Positions 52,309 to 64,000 of a stretch of DNA of 64,000 bases are shown piece after piece; the stretch's first letter is position 1, and each line of letters opens with the position of its first letter. The notes under the pieces were generated by a model. That model saw nothing but the letters and a program-made list of their open reading frames with translations. It was not told the origin of the DNA and made no database searches. This stretch comes from an uncultured Chloroflexia bacterium (GTDB lineage Bacteria; Chloroflexota; Limnocylindria; Limnocylindrales; CSP1-4), in assembly GCA_963768655.1 (NCBI GenBank), contig CAVYIM010000006.1, positions 64,001 through 128,000 of the forward strand, in the 5' to 3' direction. A program made the translations under genes and the position numbers.

Positions 52309-55300
52309 ATGCGTGACCGGATGTTGCGCCTCGGGTTCGCCGCGGCGTTTGTTGCTTCGCTGCTGATCGTGCAGGCGGGCCAGGCGCTGGCCACCGCCCC
52401 GAGCTCGGCGCCAACAATCAAGAGCCCGGCCAATGGCTCGAACGTAGGTAACGCCAACCCCACGCTGTCCTGGGGGGCCGTCGGCAACGCCGTCTACTAT
52501 CACGTCCAGATCTCGACGTCCGCCACCTACTCCTCGCCGATCTACGACGTGGAGACGTCCGCCCTGCAGGCCACGCCGCCGAGCCTCCTGCCGTTCTCGA
52601 CCCTGTACTGGCGCGTGGCCGGCGAGGACTCCTCCCACGCCCTCGGCCCCTACGCCACCGCCTCGTTCACCAAGAGCCTCTCATCGGCGCCGGTGACGCT
52701 GACTCCGACCAACGGCCAGACGCTCGTATTCCCGACGAACCCCATCCTCTTTTCGTGGCAACCCGTGCCTGGCGCTATTTCTTACACGCTCCAGATAGGC
52801 AACTCCTCCGACTTCACCAGCAACCCCGTTCAATACCAGACCTCCAACACCTCCTACACGCTGACCGACACGCAATCGTTCACGGAGAGTGACGGGGTCA
52901 CGCCCCAGTCGTGGTGGTGGGAAGTCCAGGCCAACTACGCGAACGCTTCGGTCACGCAGTGGTCCACTCCCCAGAGCTACCAGATCTCATGGCCGGCTAC
53001 GCCGCAGCTGGAGAGCCCGAGCAACGGGGCGGTGGGCGTCACGGATACGGTCTTCTCCTGGGATCCGGTCCTCGGGGCTGCCAGCTACGACATCCAGGTC
53101 AGCTCAAACGGCGACTGGCAAAACGGTCTGGTCATCTATCAGACGTCGGTGTTCGGCACGCGTTTCGCGCCGGACCAGACCCTGAACAACGCCTCGTATT
53201 ACTGGCGAGTCCGGGCCCGCGCAGCCGGTAGCGCCACGAACTACGGTCAGTGGTCCACGCCCTTCACCTTCACCCGATCGTGGTCATCGCGACCCGTCCC
53301 GCTCAGGCCTCTTTGGGCGGGCGGTTCGGCCGATCCGCCCATTGTCGGCACGCTGGAATTGAGCTGGACTCCCGCCGCGGCCGGCGGCCCCGGTTGGGTC
53401 GATCATGCCTCGCACTACGACGTGGAGATCGGCACCGATCTCAACTTCTCCCCCGGCACGTACACGTCGTGCATGACCGATCAGACGACCTTCACGCCCT
53501 ACAACCCCGTGATCGGAGGGAACGAACCGGGCTCGTGCAATGGAGGTCCATCGCTCACTATCGGTACCATCTACTACTGGCGCGTTCAGGGCATCGATGG
53601 TCCGGCCGGAGTCCTCGGCCTCTGGGACAGCACTGACTCGTCCAACACCCAGCGGTTCATCTACCAGCCATCTCTGCCCGACCTCTCATGCGGACCGGCG
53701 AATGGGTCGACCGTCCAGACACCTGTGCTCTGCTGGTCGGCGGTCTCCGGGGCAGAGACATACCGCGTCACCATCCTCAACCACAACGGCACGCAAGCAG
53801 ATGCGGCTACGACCTACGGCCTGACGTATACGCCGCTGCAGACTCTCAATCCCGCCAGCGGTCCGTTCACGTGGCACGTCGAGACGATCGACAGCCAGGG
53901 CGACGTGGGGTTGACTCAGGCGAGCTCGACCTGGCCATCCTTCAGTCTCACGACGCCGACGACCGACACTTCACTTTCGTTGCTGACCCCGGCCGACGGG
54001 GCGAGCGCCCTGCGTATGCCGTCGATGACCTGGACACCCTATACCGGAGCCTCCTACTACGAGGTCCTGGTCGGAGTGACCTCGGGGATCTTCGACGCAA
54101 CTCCCCTCAGCGGCGGCACCCATCTCCCGTATGCGGGCTTCACGTACACGCAGGTGCCAAAGGCGGCGGCGAAGTACTACTGGGAGGTCGAGGCATTCGA
54201 CGCCGGGAACAACCTCCTGGGGACCAGTTCGGAGCGTTCGTTCTACGTGGGCACGACGCCCTCCTACGGCGACTGGATAATCCCCTGGAACGACTACCTC
54301 ACGCCGGAATGCCAGGCCCAGACCGATCCCAGCATCGCCCGGTGCACACCACTGCTGGGCCAGACCCAAGAGATGACCTGGACACCCGAACCCAATGCCG
54401 GCGCGTACCTCGTGTACGTCGCCAAGGACGTCAACTTCACCAACATCTATCGGGAATACGAGACGGGGCAGACATCCCTGACGCCGCGGGAATCGTGGCT
54501 GGACAGCCAGGCCGGCGAGTCCTACTACTGGTTCGTCCGTCCGTGTGTGGATTGGCAGGCCCAGCACTGCGGACCGGGGCCGGACACGAACGCCGGCCTC
54601 GACGACTCCAGCGCCTACCGGAAGTCGTCGCCGGCGGAGAACGGCCTGACAACGACAACGGCGGCCAATCCTCCGGTCGCGGCCACCACGATCCCAAATC
54701 AGGTGACCTTCAACTGGGCCGACTACATGACCACCAGTCAGGCGTCGCCATACCCGGTCACGGGCATGAACTCGACGCGTGTCACCCAGGAGGCAAAGCA
54801 GTACACGATCCAGGTCTCCACCGCCTCTGACTTCAGCAACATCATCGACACGCGGACGGTGGATCAGACCCAGTACACGCCCTGGACGGAGACGTATCCG
54901 GAGGGTCCGCTCTACTGGCGAGTGCAGGCTCTGGACGGCAGCGGGAACCCGCTGACGATGAGTGCCACCGGGACGGTGGTCAAAGCCTCGCCGCCTATCG
55001 CATTGACTTCGCCGGCCAACGCGGCCACCGTGACTGGCGTGCCCTACTTCACCTGGGCGCCCCAGACCTGGGCCGCCAAGTACACCATTGAGGTTTACAA
55101 GAACGGCGACCTGAATTTCTCCGCCAGCAATCTCATCTTCAGCGTCACGACCTTCATCGCAGCATGGTCGCCCACGGCGAACATGCCGGCCGGCGTCTAT
55201 GCCTGGCGCGTTCAGCGACTCGACGCCAGCAATCGCCCGGGTCCCTGGTCGACCGGACGTACGTTCACGCTCAAGCCGTCTGCGCCGACTCTCAACACGC

Positions 55301-57052
55301 CAGCTGATCAGGCCTTTCTCGATGGGATCAACATGGACTTCACCTGGTTGGGCGTTCAAGGCGCCGTGGCCTACCAGTTCCAATCGAGCACGGCGGCCGA
55401 CTTCAGCACTGGCATCGTCGAGAACCAGACGACCGTCATGACGGCCTGGTCACCGACAAGGCAGTACAGCGCAGGCGTCTACTACTGGCGCGTCAATCTC
55501 CTTGACGCCTCCAACAACGTCCTCAGCACCTCGAGCTCGCGCAAGTTCACAGTGGGCACGTTGCCGGGCGCGCCGACTGGCCCGACGGCAATCGCAGGGA
55601 ACACCGCGGCCACAGTATCGTGGACCGCCCCGAGCTCGAGCGGCAGTTCCACGATCACCGGGTACATCGTGACCAGCACGCCCGGCGGCAAGACCTGCAC
55701 CACCACCGGCGCGACCCACTGCACGGTGAGCGGCCTCACCAACGGCACCGCCTACACGTTCCACGTGCAGGCGATCACCAGCGTCGGTACCGGGCCGGCG
55801 TCGGCAGAGTCGAATTCTGTTGTCCCTTCGGCAGTGCCCGCCTCCACGTACCACGCCACGAGCCCCGCGCGGGTCCTGGACTCCCGACCCACAGGCTCGG
55901 GTCACACCAACATCGGACTATCCGGTAAGTTCACCGCAGGTACGGTCCGGACCTTCGCCGTGGCCGGCGTCATCGGCGTAGGGGCGAGCAGCGCCGCCGT
56001 ACCGACCGACGCCACCGCGGTCACGGGCAACCTCACCATCGTGAACGAGACCGCCCCCGGAGTAGTCGCCCTGGGACCGACCATGACCGCCAGCGGTGCC
56101 ACTACCACGATCAACTTCGTCAAGGGCGACATCCGGGCCAACAACGTGACTCTCGCTCTTGGAGCCGGAGGCAAGCTCTCGGCGGTCTATCGCTCGGCTA
56201 CCGGCGGAGCCACGATCGATCTCATCTTCGATGTCACAGGCTTCTTCACCCCCGATACGAGCGGCGCCACCTATCACGTCCTGACACCGGGCCGGATCCT
56301 CGATACCAGACCGACCGGCTCGGGTCACACCAACATCGGTCTTGCGGGTAAGTTCGCCAACAAGAGTGTCCGGACCTTCGCGATCGCAGGCGTCAAGGCC
56401 CTGGGCTGGACGTCCGCCCTGGTACCGTCGGCTGCCACCGCTGTCACCGGCAACCTGACCGTGACCGATGCCAGCTCTATCGGCTATGTCTCGGTCGGTC
56501 CCACGATCGCGGCCGTACCCTCGACCTCGACTCTCAACGTCGCCGCCGGAGCCACCGTCGCCAACGGTGTCACCGTGGCCCTCAAGAGCGGCAAGCTAGA
56601 GGCCGTCTGGGATGGCACGGCCGGATCATCGGCCGATGTCATCTTCGATGTCACCGGCTACTTCACCGCAGGGACCGGTGGTCTGTCCTACTACCCGATC
56701 ACACCGGTCCGGGTTCTCGACTCCTCGGTCAGTCTCGGCCTGTCGGGTACCTTCGCGAGCCGGAGCGCGAGACTCTTCACCATCGGCGGTACTGGCGGTG
56801 TCCCAACTGGCGCCGCCGGCATCAGCGGCAACCTGACCGTGCTCAACCCATCATCGGCGGGCTGGGCTCTGGTATCACCCGAGATCGTCGCCACTCCGAC
56901 CACCTCTACCCTCAACGTCGCGTCCGGACACAGTGAGGCCAACGGCTTCGATGTCGCTCTGGGGCTCATCGGGTCACGTCGCTCTCGAATGGGCCGGCAC
57001 CACCGGCTCCAGCGCCAACATCGCTCTCGACGTCACCGGGTATTGGAAGTAG
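52309..57052 (+). CDS. Large secreted protein with about 9 FN3/Ig-like domains and a triple C-terminal module; extra G near 56961, corrected stop at 57052
   Basis: Signal peptide and repeated YYWRV motifs; the corrected end ...DVTGYWK matches the paralog ending at 60837. Confidence 0.85.
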
Positions 57053-57477
57053 GGCAGGGGGCGGCGGCCGTTTGGAGGCTCGTCCACTCTCCGGCGCCGG
57101 AGCTGGTTTCACGCGCGGCAAACAGAAGTCTCCTGAGCCTGCCTGACACGTGGGGCCTCGCGGACCGCGATGGCCGCGGCGTGGCGGCCCGGCCGACGGC
57201 GATCGGCCGCCAGATCGGGCCGTTTCCTCTCAGAACGGTGGCGCCATCGCGTACCAAGGCCCAACCCCGGGAGTCGGCGTCCCGGCTGCCTGGGCCGGGA
57301 CCGGTCGGGGTATGGTTGAGTCGAGTGGTACTATCCGATGGTCGTGCCTGTGTCGCGACAGCGAGGTGTTTCCGCGGCAGGCTCGATGTGTCGGGCCACG
57401 ATGGGGCCAGCTGGGGTTTGTTGTCCGGGCCGTGGCGTGCGCGAGCGCTTCTGCACACCCGGAGGAGGGAGAGGTAA

Positions 57478-60400
57478 ATGCGAGCGTCGCGCGTGGCGCG
57501 TTTGTGCGCGTCTGTCGTGCTCGGCCTGGTCGTCACAGCTTGTCTTGGCACCGCGGCGATGGGGGCTTCGTCGACCGCTGCAGGTCCTGGCCGCAGCCCT
57601 GCCCCCGCCGTAGCCGTAGCCCAGACTCCGACGATGACTCCGACGTTGTCCGCGACTCCGGGCCCCACGATCGCGCCCCCGTCGCGGGTGCCGGCCGCGA
57701 ACCCAAAATCGACGTCCGCTCGGCGGGCCGTTTGTCTTCCGCCCGGATGGAACCCGCCCCCGGCGTGGCCCGGTTGCCGGTCGAAAGCCAGGTCAGCAGC
57801 GACCGCTCCGTCGACCGTGACGAGTCCAGTCGCCGCGACCGTGGGCACCGCGATCCAGGGCACGGTCACCGGGACCGGCGGGACGCCGCTCGCGGACATC
57901 GAAGTCGACGTGACGGGAGCCGGCGACTGGGGCTACGAGGGCGCAACGGGTACCGCCGCTGACGGAACCTACCTGGTGCATGTCCCTCCCGGCTCCTACA
58001 CGCTGTACTTCTTCGACGGGAGCAGCGCGTACCTCAGCGGCTACTACTACAGCAGCGGCAGCGGCCATTTCTCCGTCAATGAGGCGTCGCCTGTAAAGGT
58101 GACAACCACGGATGTGACCGGGATCAACGTACAGCTCGGGATCGGCCATTTCGTCAAGGGCACGGTCACCGGGACTGGCGGAACGCCGCTCGCGGACGTC
58201 GAAGTCGATGTGAGCTCGGTGAGCGACTCCGGCTACGACGGCTCGACGTGGACCGCCTCGGACGGAACCTACTCGGTGGACGTCCCTCGCGGCTCCTACA
58301 CCGTGTACTTCTATGACTGGATGGACACGTACCTCAATGGGTACTACAGCAGCGGCGGGTTCACCCTCGACGAGGACTCGGCCACGCCCGTAAAGGTGAC
58401 AACCTCGGATGTTACCGGCATCGACGTGCAGCTCGAGACCGGCCAGTTCATCACGGGCACGGTCACAGGGACCGGTGGAACGCCCCTCGAGGACGTTGAC
58501 GTCGAAGCGGACTCGATGAGCTACCTCGCCTCGGGCGAGACTGACTCGGACGGCTCCTACTGGCTCCTCGTCCCTCCCGACACCTACGAGCTCTACTTCT
58601 CCGACGGGAGCGGCCTGTACCTCAGCGGGTACTACAGCAGCAGCGCCAGCGGCCACTTCACCGTCGATGAAGGGTCGGCCACGCCGGTGACCGTGACAAC
58701 CTCAGACGTGACCGGGATCAACGTCCGGCTTGGGACAGCCCACTTCATCATGGGCACGGTCACTGGGACCGACGGGACGCCGCTGTCGGACTTCGAAGTC
58801 GATGCGTACACGGCCGGTTACGCCTACGACGGCTCGACGACGACGGCCTCGGATGGGACCTACTCGATCGACGTCCCTGCCGGCTCCTACACCGTGTACT
58901 TCTACGACGGGAGCGGCACGTATTTCAGCGGCTACTACAGTAGCAGCGGATTTACCCTCGACGAGGACTCGGCCACGCCGGTGAAAGTGACAACCTCGGA
59001 TGTGAGCGGGATCGACGTCCAAATAGGCGAGCAGTACGGCCTCGCGCAACTGATTCTCACCCCCGTGAACGCGACCATGACCGCCAGTGGGAGCCAGAGC
59101 TACACGGCTGAAGGCTACGACGTGTATGGGGACGACCTGGGCGACATGACCCCGGACACGACCTTCAGCATCAGCGGTGATGGCTCCTGCACCGGTGCCT
59201 ACAAAGAGACTGCGGTTTGGGTAGTCTCATGCACGTCGACAGTGGCAGGCGTCCACACGATCACCGGCACTGATGGCGCTGCCCAGGGAAAGGCCACGCT
59301 GCACGTCAGCTCGGCCCCGGCGACGAACCTCGTGGTCGCCGGTCTTCCGAGTCCGTGCTCGGGCGGTGTCGCCCGCAGCCTGACGGTCACCGCGAAAGAC
59401 CCATACGGAAACTCAGCCACCTCCTATCGCGGCACGGTCCACCTCTCCAGCACCGACCCGGCAGCCGTCCTGCCCGCGGACTACACCTTCACCGCCGCCG
59501 ACAAGGGAGTCCACACCTTCGGCGTCACTCTCAAGACCAATGGCCCGCAGTCGGTGACCGCGACCGACATTGCAGTGACCAGCATCACAGGCTCCCAGAC
59601 GAATGTCCTCGTGACGGGGTCGGCCTCCTCATATACCCCCATCAGCCCGCGTCGGGTTCTCGACTCCCGGCCCACCGGGTCGGGTCACACCAACATCGGC
59701 CTGGCGGGTAAGTTCACCGCCGGCACGGTCCGTAAGTTCACCGTCGCCGGAGCGGAGTATGTCGGGGGTGGGAGCGCTGCAGCCATCCCGACCAATGCCG
59801 TGGCGGTGACAGGCAACCTCACGGTCGTGGGTGAGACCGCGCCAGGCGTCATCGATCTGGGACCGACCGTGACCGCGACCGGGTCCACTGCCACTCTGGA
59901 CTTTGCCAAGGGCGACATCCGGGCCAACAACGTGACGATCGGTCTGGCCCCCGATGGCTCACTGGAGGCCGTCTATCGCAGCAGCACCGCCGCTGCGACG
60001 AGCGATCTCATCTTCGATGTCACAGGCTACTTTGTCCCCGGCAGCGGTGGTGCTACCTATCACTCCCTGGCTCCGGGTCGAGTCCTCGATACCAGACCGT
60101 CCGGTGGTGGAGTGACCCACATCGGCGGCCTGTCCAAGCTGTCCAACCGGACCGTCAAGAGCTTCCCGGTGGCCGGCGTAAAGGCCCTGGGCTGGTCATC
60201 CGCCCTCGTACCCTCGAGCGCCACCGGCGTGACCGGCAACCTGACCGTGACCGGGGCCACGAGTGCCGGCTTTGTCTCACTTGGTCCGACCATGACCGCC
60301 TCACCCTCGACCTCCAGCGTCAACGTCACGGCCGGCTCGACCGTTGCCAATGGCGTGACCGTAGCCCTGAAGTGCGGGAAGCTAGCGGTGGTCTGGTGCG

Positions 60401-60837
60401 GCACCGCAGGCTCATCGGCCAATGTCATCTTCGATGTCACGGGCTACTTCACGGCTGGCTCGGGTGGTCTGTCCTACTACGCGATCGCACCGGTCCGCAT
60501 CCTCGATTCCTCCAAGTCCATCGGTCTGTCCGGTACCTTCGCCAGCGGCACGGCAAGACTCTTCACCATCGGTGGTACTGCGGGTGTCCCAACTGGCGCC
60601 GCCGGTATCAGCGGCAACCTGACCGTGCTATCTCCCTCCTCCGCTGGCTGGGCTCTGGTATCACCTGAGATCGTCGCCACTCCGACCACCTCGACCCTCA
60701 ACGTCGCCTCCGGACACAGTGAGGCCAACGGCTTCGACGTCGCTCTGGGAGCCTCCGGTCACGTCGCTCTCGAGTGGGCCGGCACCACCGGCTCCAGCGC
60801 CAACATCGCTCTCGACGTCACCGGGTATTGGAAGTAG
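57478..60837 (+). CDS. Secreted protein with four carboxypeptidase-regulatory-like beta-sandwich repeats and the triple C-terminal module
   Basis: GTVTGTGGTPL...DGTY...PGSYT repeated four times; PRRVLDSR...DVTGY repeated three times. Confidence 0.85.
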   Translation: MRASRVARLCASVVLGLVVTACLGTAAMGASSTAAGPGRSPAPAVAVAQTPTMTPTLSATPGPTIAPPSRVPAANPKSTSARRAVCLPPGWNPPPAWPGCRSKARSAATAPSTVTSPVAATVGTAIQGTVTGTGGTPLADIEVDVTGAGDWGYEGATGTAADGTYLVHVPPGSYTLYFFDGSSAYLSGYYYSSGSGHFSVNEASPVKVTTTDVTGINVQLGIGHFVKGTVTGTGGTPLADVEVDVSSVSDSGYDGSTWTASDGTYSVDVPRGSYTVYFYDWMDTYLNGYYSSGGFTLDEDSATPVKVTTSDVTGIDVQLETGQFITGTVTGTGGTPLEDVDVEADSMSYLASGETDSDGSYWLLVPPDTYELYFSDGSGLYLSGYYSSSASGHFTVDEGSATPVTVTTSDVTGINVRLGTAHFIMGTVTGTDGTPLSDFEVDAYTAGYAYDGSTTTASDGTYSIDVPAGSYTVYFYDGSGTYFSGYYSSSGFTLDEDSATPVKVTTSDVSGIDVQIGEQYGLAQLILTPVNATMTASGSQSYTAEGYDVYGDDLGDMTPDTTFSISGDGSCTGAYKETAVWVVSCTSTVAGVHTITGTDGAAQGKATLHVSSAPATNLVVAGLPSPCSGGVARSLTVTAKDPYGNSATSYRGTVHLSSTDPAAVLPADYTFTAADKGVHTFGVTLKTNGPQSVTATDIAVTSITGSQTNVLVTGSASSYTPISPRRVLDSRPTGSGHTNIGLAGKFTAGTVRKFTVAGAEYVGGGSAAAIPTNAVAVTGNLTVVGETAPGVIDLGPTVTATGSTATLDFAKGDIRANNVTIGLAPDGSLEAVYRSSTAAATSDLIFDVTGYFVPGSGGATYHSLAPGRVLDTRPSGGGVTHIGGLSKLSNRTVKSFPVAGVKALGWSSALVPSSATGVTGNLTVTGATSAGFVSLGPTMTASPSTSSVNVTAGSTVANGVTVALKCGKLAVVWCGTAGSSANVIFDVTGYFTAGSGGLSYYAIAPVRILDSSKSIGLSGTFASGTARLFTIGGTAGVPTGAAGISGNLTVLSPSSAGWALVSPEIVATPTTSTLNVASGHSEANGFDVALGASGHVALEWAGTTGSSANIALDVTGYWK
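59424..60756 (+). repeat. Near-identical direct repeat (at least 1.33 kb) of 62668-64000
   Basis: Constant offset of 3244 bp with few substitutions; a more diverged copy lies at about 55850-57063. Confidence 0.92.
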
Positions 60838-60964
60838 GGCAGGGGGCGGGGGAGAAGCAAACATGAGTGCCGGCACAAGGGGCGCAGGAGAAGCAGCAGC
60901 ACGCCGTGCGAAATCGCACGCAGTGGCGGGCGCCGACTGGGGCCGGTCCGAGGGAGCGAGTTCA

Positions 60965-63900
60965 ATGAAGACATGGCTTCGCGGGGAGATGTTCCACCGC
61001 CTGCTTCTGGTAACGGCCGTCGCCGTCCTTGCTGGTCTGACGGCCCCGGCGCAGGCCCACGCCTCCACCGGCAGCGGTGGTAGAGCGAGGACAGCTCTCA
61101 CCGCTGCAACCGGGGATACCGAGCCAATATGTGGCCCAGCCCCGGCAGGGAGCGTGCGCTGTTTGGCGATCCGCCGGACTGATGTAACCGAGCTATCTGC
61201 CGGCCAGGTCACACCTTCGGTGGCGGTTGAGGGATACGGACCATCAGATCTGCGGAGCGCCTATGCGCTGCCGAGCACGGGTGGCGTGGGAGTCACGGTT
61301 GCCCTGGTCGAAGCGTACGGCGCTCCGAATGCGGAATCGGATCTGGCGGTGTATCGCAGTCACTTTGGACTTCCACCGTGCACCACGGCCAACGGCTGTT
61401 TCCGGAGGGTCGACCAGACCGGCGGAGTGTCCTATCCGGCGTACGACGAGGGCTGGGCCGGAGAGACAGACCTCGACATCGAGATGGTCTCGGCGATCTG
61501 CCCTGGTTGCAAGATCCTCCTGGTCGAGGCCAACACCGGCCGGCTCTCGGATCTGATGACGGCGGTGGATACTGCCGTAGCGCTCGGCGCCAACGTGGTG
61601 TCGCAGAGCTACGGTGGCGAGGAAACTTCCGGCGACATTGTCGACGCAGATCCACATCTTGATCATCCCGGAGTGGCGATCGTTGCCGGTACAGGAGACT
61701 TTGGCACGGGCGACTGGGCGACGCCGGGCTACATGACCTTCTTCCCGGCCTCCTCTCCGTACGTGACGGCCGTTGGGGGAACGAGTCTCGTACCGGCCTC
61801 GAATGCTCGCGGCTGGACCGAAACCGTGTGGAACCACCCCGACGGCAGCGGCTACTACGCGCCGAACGCTGGATGCTCCGAGTATGAGCCGAAGCCGGCG
61901 TGGCAGACGGACCGGGGGTGTCTCAAACGAACCACTGCCGACGTCTCGGCCGTCGCGGATCCGTACACGGGCGTCGCTGGGTTCGATCCGGACTGGGGCG
62001 GTTGGGGAGTCATCGGGGGGACGAGCGTTTCCGCGCCGGTCATCGCCGGGGTCTTTGCCCTGGCAGGAGTGCCGCTGGCGGGCACCTATCCAACTCAGTA
62101 TCTCTATGCTCGCGCCTCCGACCTGAACGACGTGACAAGTGGCGATATCGGCGGCGAGAACGGAAGCTGCAACGGCTCGTACCTGTGCGCGGCGAAGGTT
62201 GGCTATGACGGGCCCACGGGTCTCGGCACGCCGGACGGCCTGAACGCCTTCAGGGCGGCGCCCAGCCTCGAGGTGACAGGTCTCCCGAGCCCCACAGTCG
62301 CGGGTACCGCCCACGACCTTACGGTTACCGCGAGAGACGCCTACGGCAATGTCGCGACCGGCTACACCGGGACCGTCCACTTCAGCAGCTCCGATCCCGC
62401 AGCCACCCTGCCAACGGACTACGCCTTCACCGCCCGTGACGCCGGGGTGCACGTGTTCAGCGTGACGCTCAAGACAGCCGGTACCTGCTCGGTGACAGCC
62501 ACCGATACAGTCACGCCATTGAACTCCGGCTGGCAGGACGGCATCGTGGTGAACCCGGGACCGGTCACGAACCTCGCGGTCTCCGGTCTTTCGACGCCGC
62601 GGACGGCCGGCACGGCCGGCACCGTCACCGTCAAGGCCGTCGACACCTCCGGCAACGGTGAGACCAGCTATCGCGGCACGGTCCGCTTCACCAGCACCGA
62701 CCCGGCAGCCGTCCTGCCCGCGGACTACACCTTCACCGCCGCCGACAAGGGAGTCCACACCTTCAGCGTCACTCTCAAGACCAATGGCCCGCAGTCGGTG
62801 ACCGCGACCGACATTGCAGTGACCAGCATCACAGGCTCCCAGACGAATGTCCTCGTGACGGGGTCGGCCTCCTCATATACCCCCATCAGCCCGCGTCGGG
62901 TTCTCGACTCCCGGCCCACCGGGTCGGGTCACACCAACATCGGCCTGGCGGGTAAGTTCACCGCCGGCACGGTCCGTAAGTTCACCGTCGCCGGAGCGGA
63001 GTATGTCGGGGGCGGGAGCGCTGCAGCCATCCCGACCAATGCCGTGGCGGTGACAGGCAACCTCACGGTCGTGGGTGAGACCGCGCCAGGCGTCATCGAT
63101 CTGGGACCGACCGTGACCGCGACCGGGTCCACTGCCACTCTGGACTTCGCCAAGGGCGACATCCGGGCCAACAACGTGACGATCGGTCTGGCCCCCGATG
63201 GCTCACTGGAGGCCGTCTATCGCAGCAGCACCGCCGCTGCGACGAGCGATCTCATCTTCGATGTCACAGGCTACTTTGTCCCCGGCAGCGGTGGTGCTAC
63301 CTATCACTCCCTGGCTCCGGGTCGAGTCCTCGATACCAGACCGTCCGGTGGTGGAGTGACCCACATCGGCGGCCTGTCCAAGCTGTCCAACCGGACCGTC
63401 AAGAGCTTCCCGGTGGCCGGTGTCAAGGCCCTGGGCTGGTCATCCGCTCTCGTACCCTCGAGCGCCACCGGCGTGACCGGCAACCTGACCGTGACCGGGG
63501 CCACGAGTGCCGGCTTTGTCTCTCTAGGTCCGACCATGACCGCCTCACCCTCCACCTCCAGCGTCAACGTCACGGCCGGCACCACCGTCGCCAACGGCGT
63601 GACCGTGGCCCTAAAGAGCGGCAAGCTAGCGGTGGTCTGGTGCGGCACCGCAGGATCATCGGCCAATGTCATCTTCGATGTCACGGGCTACTTCACGGCT
63701 GGCTCGGGTGGTCTGTCCTACTACGCGATCGCACCGGTCCGGGTCCTCGATTCCTCCAAGTCCATCGGTCTGTCCGGTACCTTCGCCAGCGGCACGGCAA
63801 GACTCTTCACCATCGGCGGTACTGCGGGTGTCCCAACTGGCGCTGCCGGTATCAGCGGCAACCTGACGGTGCTATCTCCCTCATCGGCGGGCTGGGCCCT

Positions 63901-64000
63901 GGTATCCCCTGAGATCGTCGCCACTCCGACCACCTCTACCCTCAACGTCGCCTCCGGCCACAGTGAGGCCAACGGCTTCGATGTCGCTCTGGGAGCCTCG
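60965..64000 (+). CDS. Secreted S53 (sedolisin-like) serine peptidase with Ig-like and triple C-terminal modules; runs off the window
   Basis: Absent from the ORF track because there is no stop in the window. Manual translation gives GYGPSDLRSAY, CTTANGCF, ETDLDIE, GTGD, FPASSPYVTAVGGTSL and GGTSVSAP. Confidence 0.88.
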   Translation, partial: MKTWLRGEMFHRLLLVTAVAVLAGLTAPAQAHASTGSGGRARTALTAATGDTEPICGPAPAGSVRCLAIRRTDVTELSAGQVTPSVAVEGYGPSDLRSAYALPSTGGVGVTVALVEAYGAPNAESDLAVYRSHFGLPPCTTANGCFRRVDQTGGVSYPAYDEGWAGETDLDIEMVSAICPGCKILLVEANTGRLSDLMTAVDTAVALGANVVSQSYGGEETSGDIVDADPHLDHPGVAIVAGTGDFGTGDWATPGYMTFFPASSPYVTAVGGTSLVPASNARGWTETVWNHPDGSGYYAPNAGCSEYEPKPAWQTDRGCLKRTTADVSAVADPYTGVAGFDPDWGGWGVIGGTSVSAPVIAGVFALAGVPLAGTYPTQYLYARASDLNDVTSGDIGGENGSCNGSYLCAAKVGYDGPTGLGTPDGLNAFRAAPSLEVTGLPSPTVAGTAHDLTVTARDAYGNVATGYTGTVHFSSSDPAATLPTDYAFTARDAGVHVFSVTLKTAGTCSVTATDTVTPLNSGWQDGIVVNPGPVTNLAVSGLSTPRTAGTAGTVTVKAVDTSGNGETSYRGTVRFTSTDPAAVLPADYTFTAADKGVHTFSVTLKTNGPQSVTATDIAVTSITGSQTNVLVTGSASSYTPISPRRVLDSRPTGSGHTNIGLAGKFTAGTVRKFTVAGAEYVGGGSAAAIPTNAVAVTGNLTVVGETAPGVIDLGPTVTATGSTATLDFAKGDIRANNVTIGLAPDGSLEAVYRSSTAAATSDLIFDVTGYFVPGSGGATYHSLAPGRVLDTRPSGGGVTHIGGLSKLSNRTVKSFPVAGVKALGWSSALVPSSATGVTGNLTVTGATSAGFVSLGPTMTASPSTSSVNVTAGTTVANGVTVALKSGKLAVVWCGTAGSSANVIFDVTGYFTAGSGGLSYYAIAPVRVLDSSKSIGLSGTFASGTARLFTIGGTAGVPTGAAGISGNLTVLSPSSAGWALVSPEIVATPTTSTLNVASGHSEANGFDVALGAS

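Noticed and set aside
56961-57477. C-terminal extension of the 1722-aa ORF
   Set aside because: It results from one extra G; comparison with the paralog places the true stop at 57052.
59424-64000. Diversity-generating retroelement TR/VR pair
   Set aside because: No reverse transcriptase is present, both copies are coding, and the differences are not adenine-specific.

Overview
GC-rich bacterial chromosome; the gene style suggests Chloroflexota (Ca. Limnocylindria-like) or Actinomycetota, which is inference only. Bases 1-28.6 kb are housekeeping genes: paaK 3' end, ACT and YCII proteins, aconitase, NUDIX hydrolase, gcvT-H-PA-PB, two tandem peptide ABC operons, a split CN-hydrolase plus nadE, and rsmI. 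Bases 48.3-64 kb encode RCC1-repeat proteins, deoC and three large secreted proteins that share a duplicated C-terminal module. The main result lies at 28.8-48.2 kb, where an ssb gene is split by an 18.4-kb element carrying a large serine recombinase (LSR). The element has one attL (central GT at 29053-54) but six directly repeated attR-type sites (GT at 41468, 42254, 43475, 44666, 45264, 47430). Each interval between sites holds exactly one unrelated gene, which gives an integron-like cassette array built on LSR att sites. A second att family targets another position in the same ssb and delimits a 471-bp YegP-only mini-cassette. Two extra captured ssb 5' copies lie inside the array. Several single-base frameshifts, including one in the LSR, may be sequencing errors.
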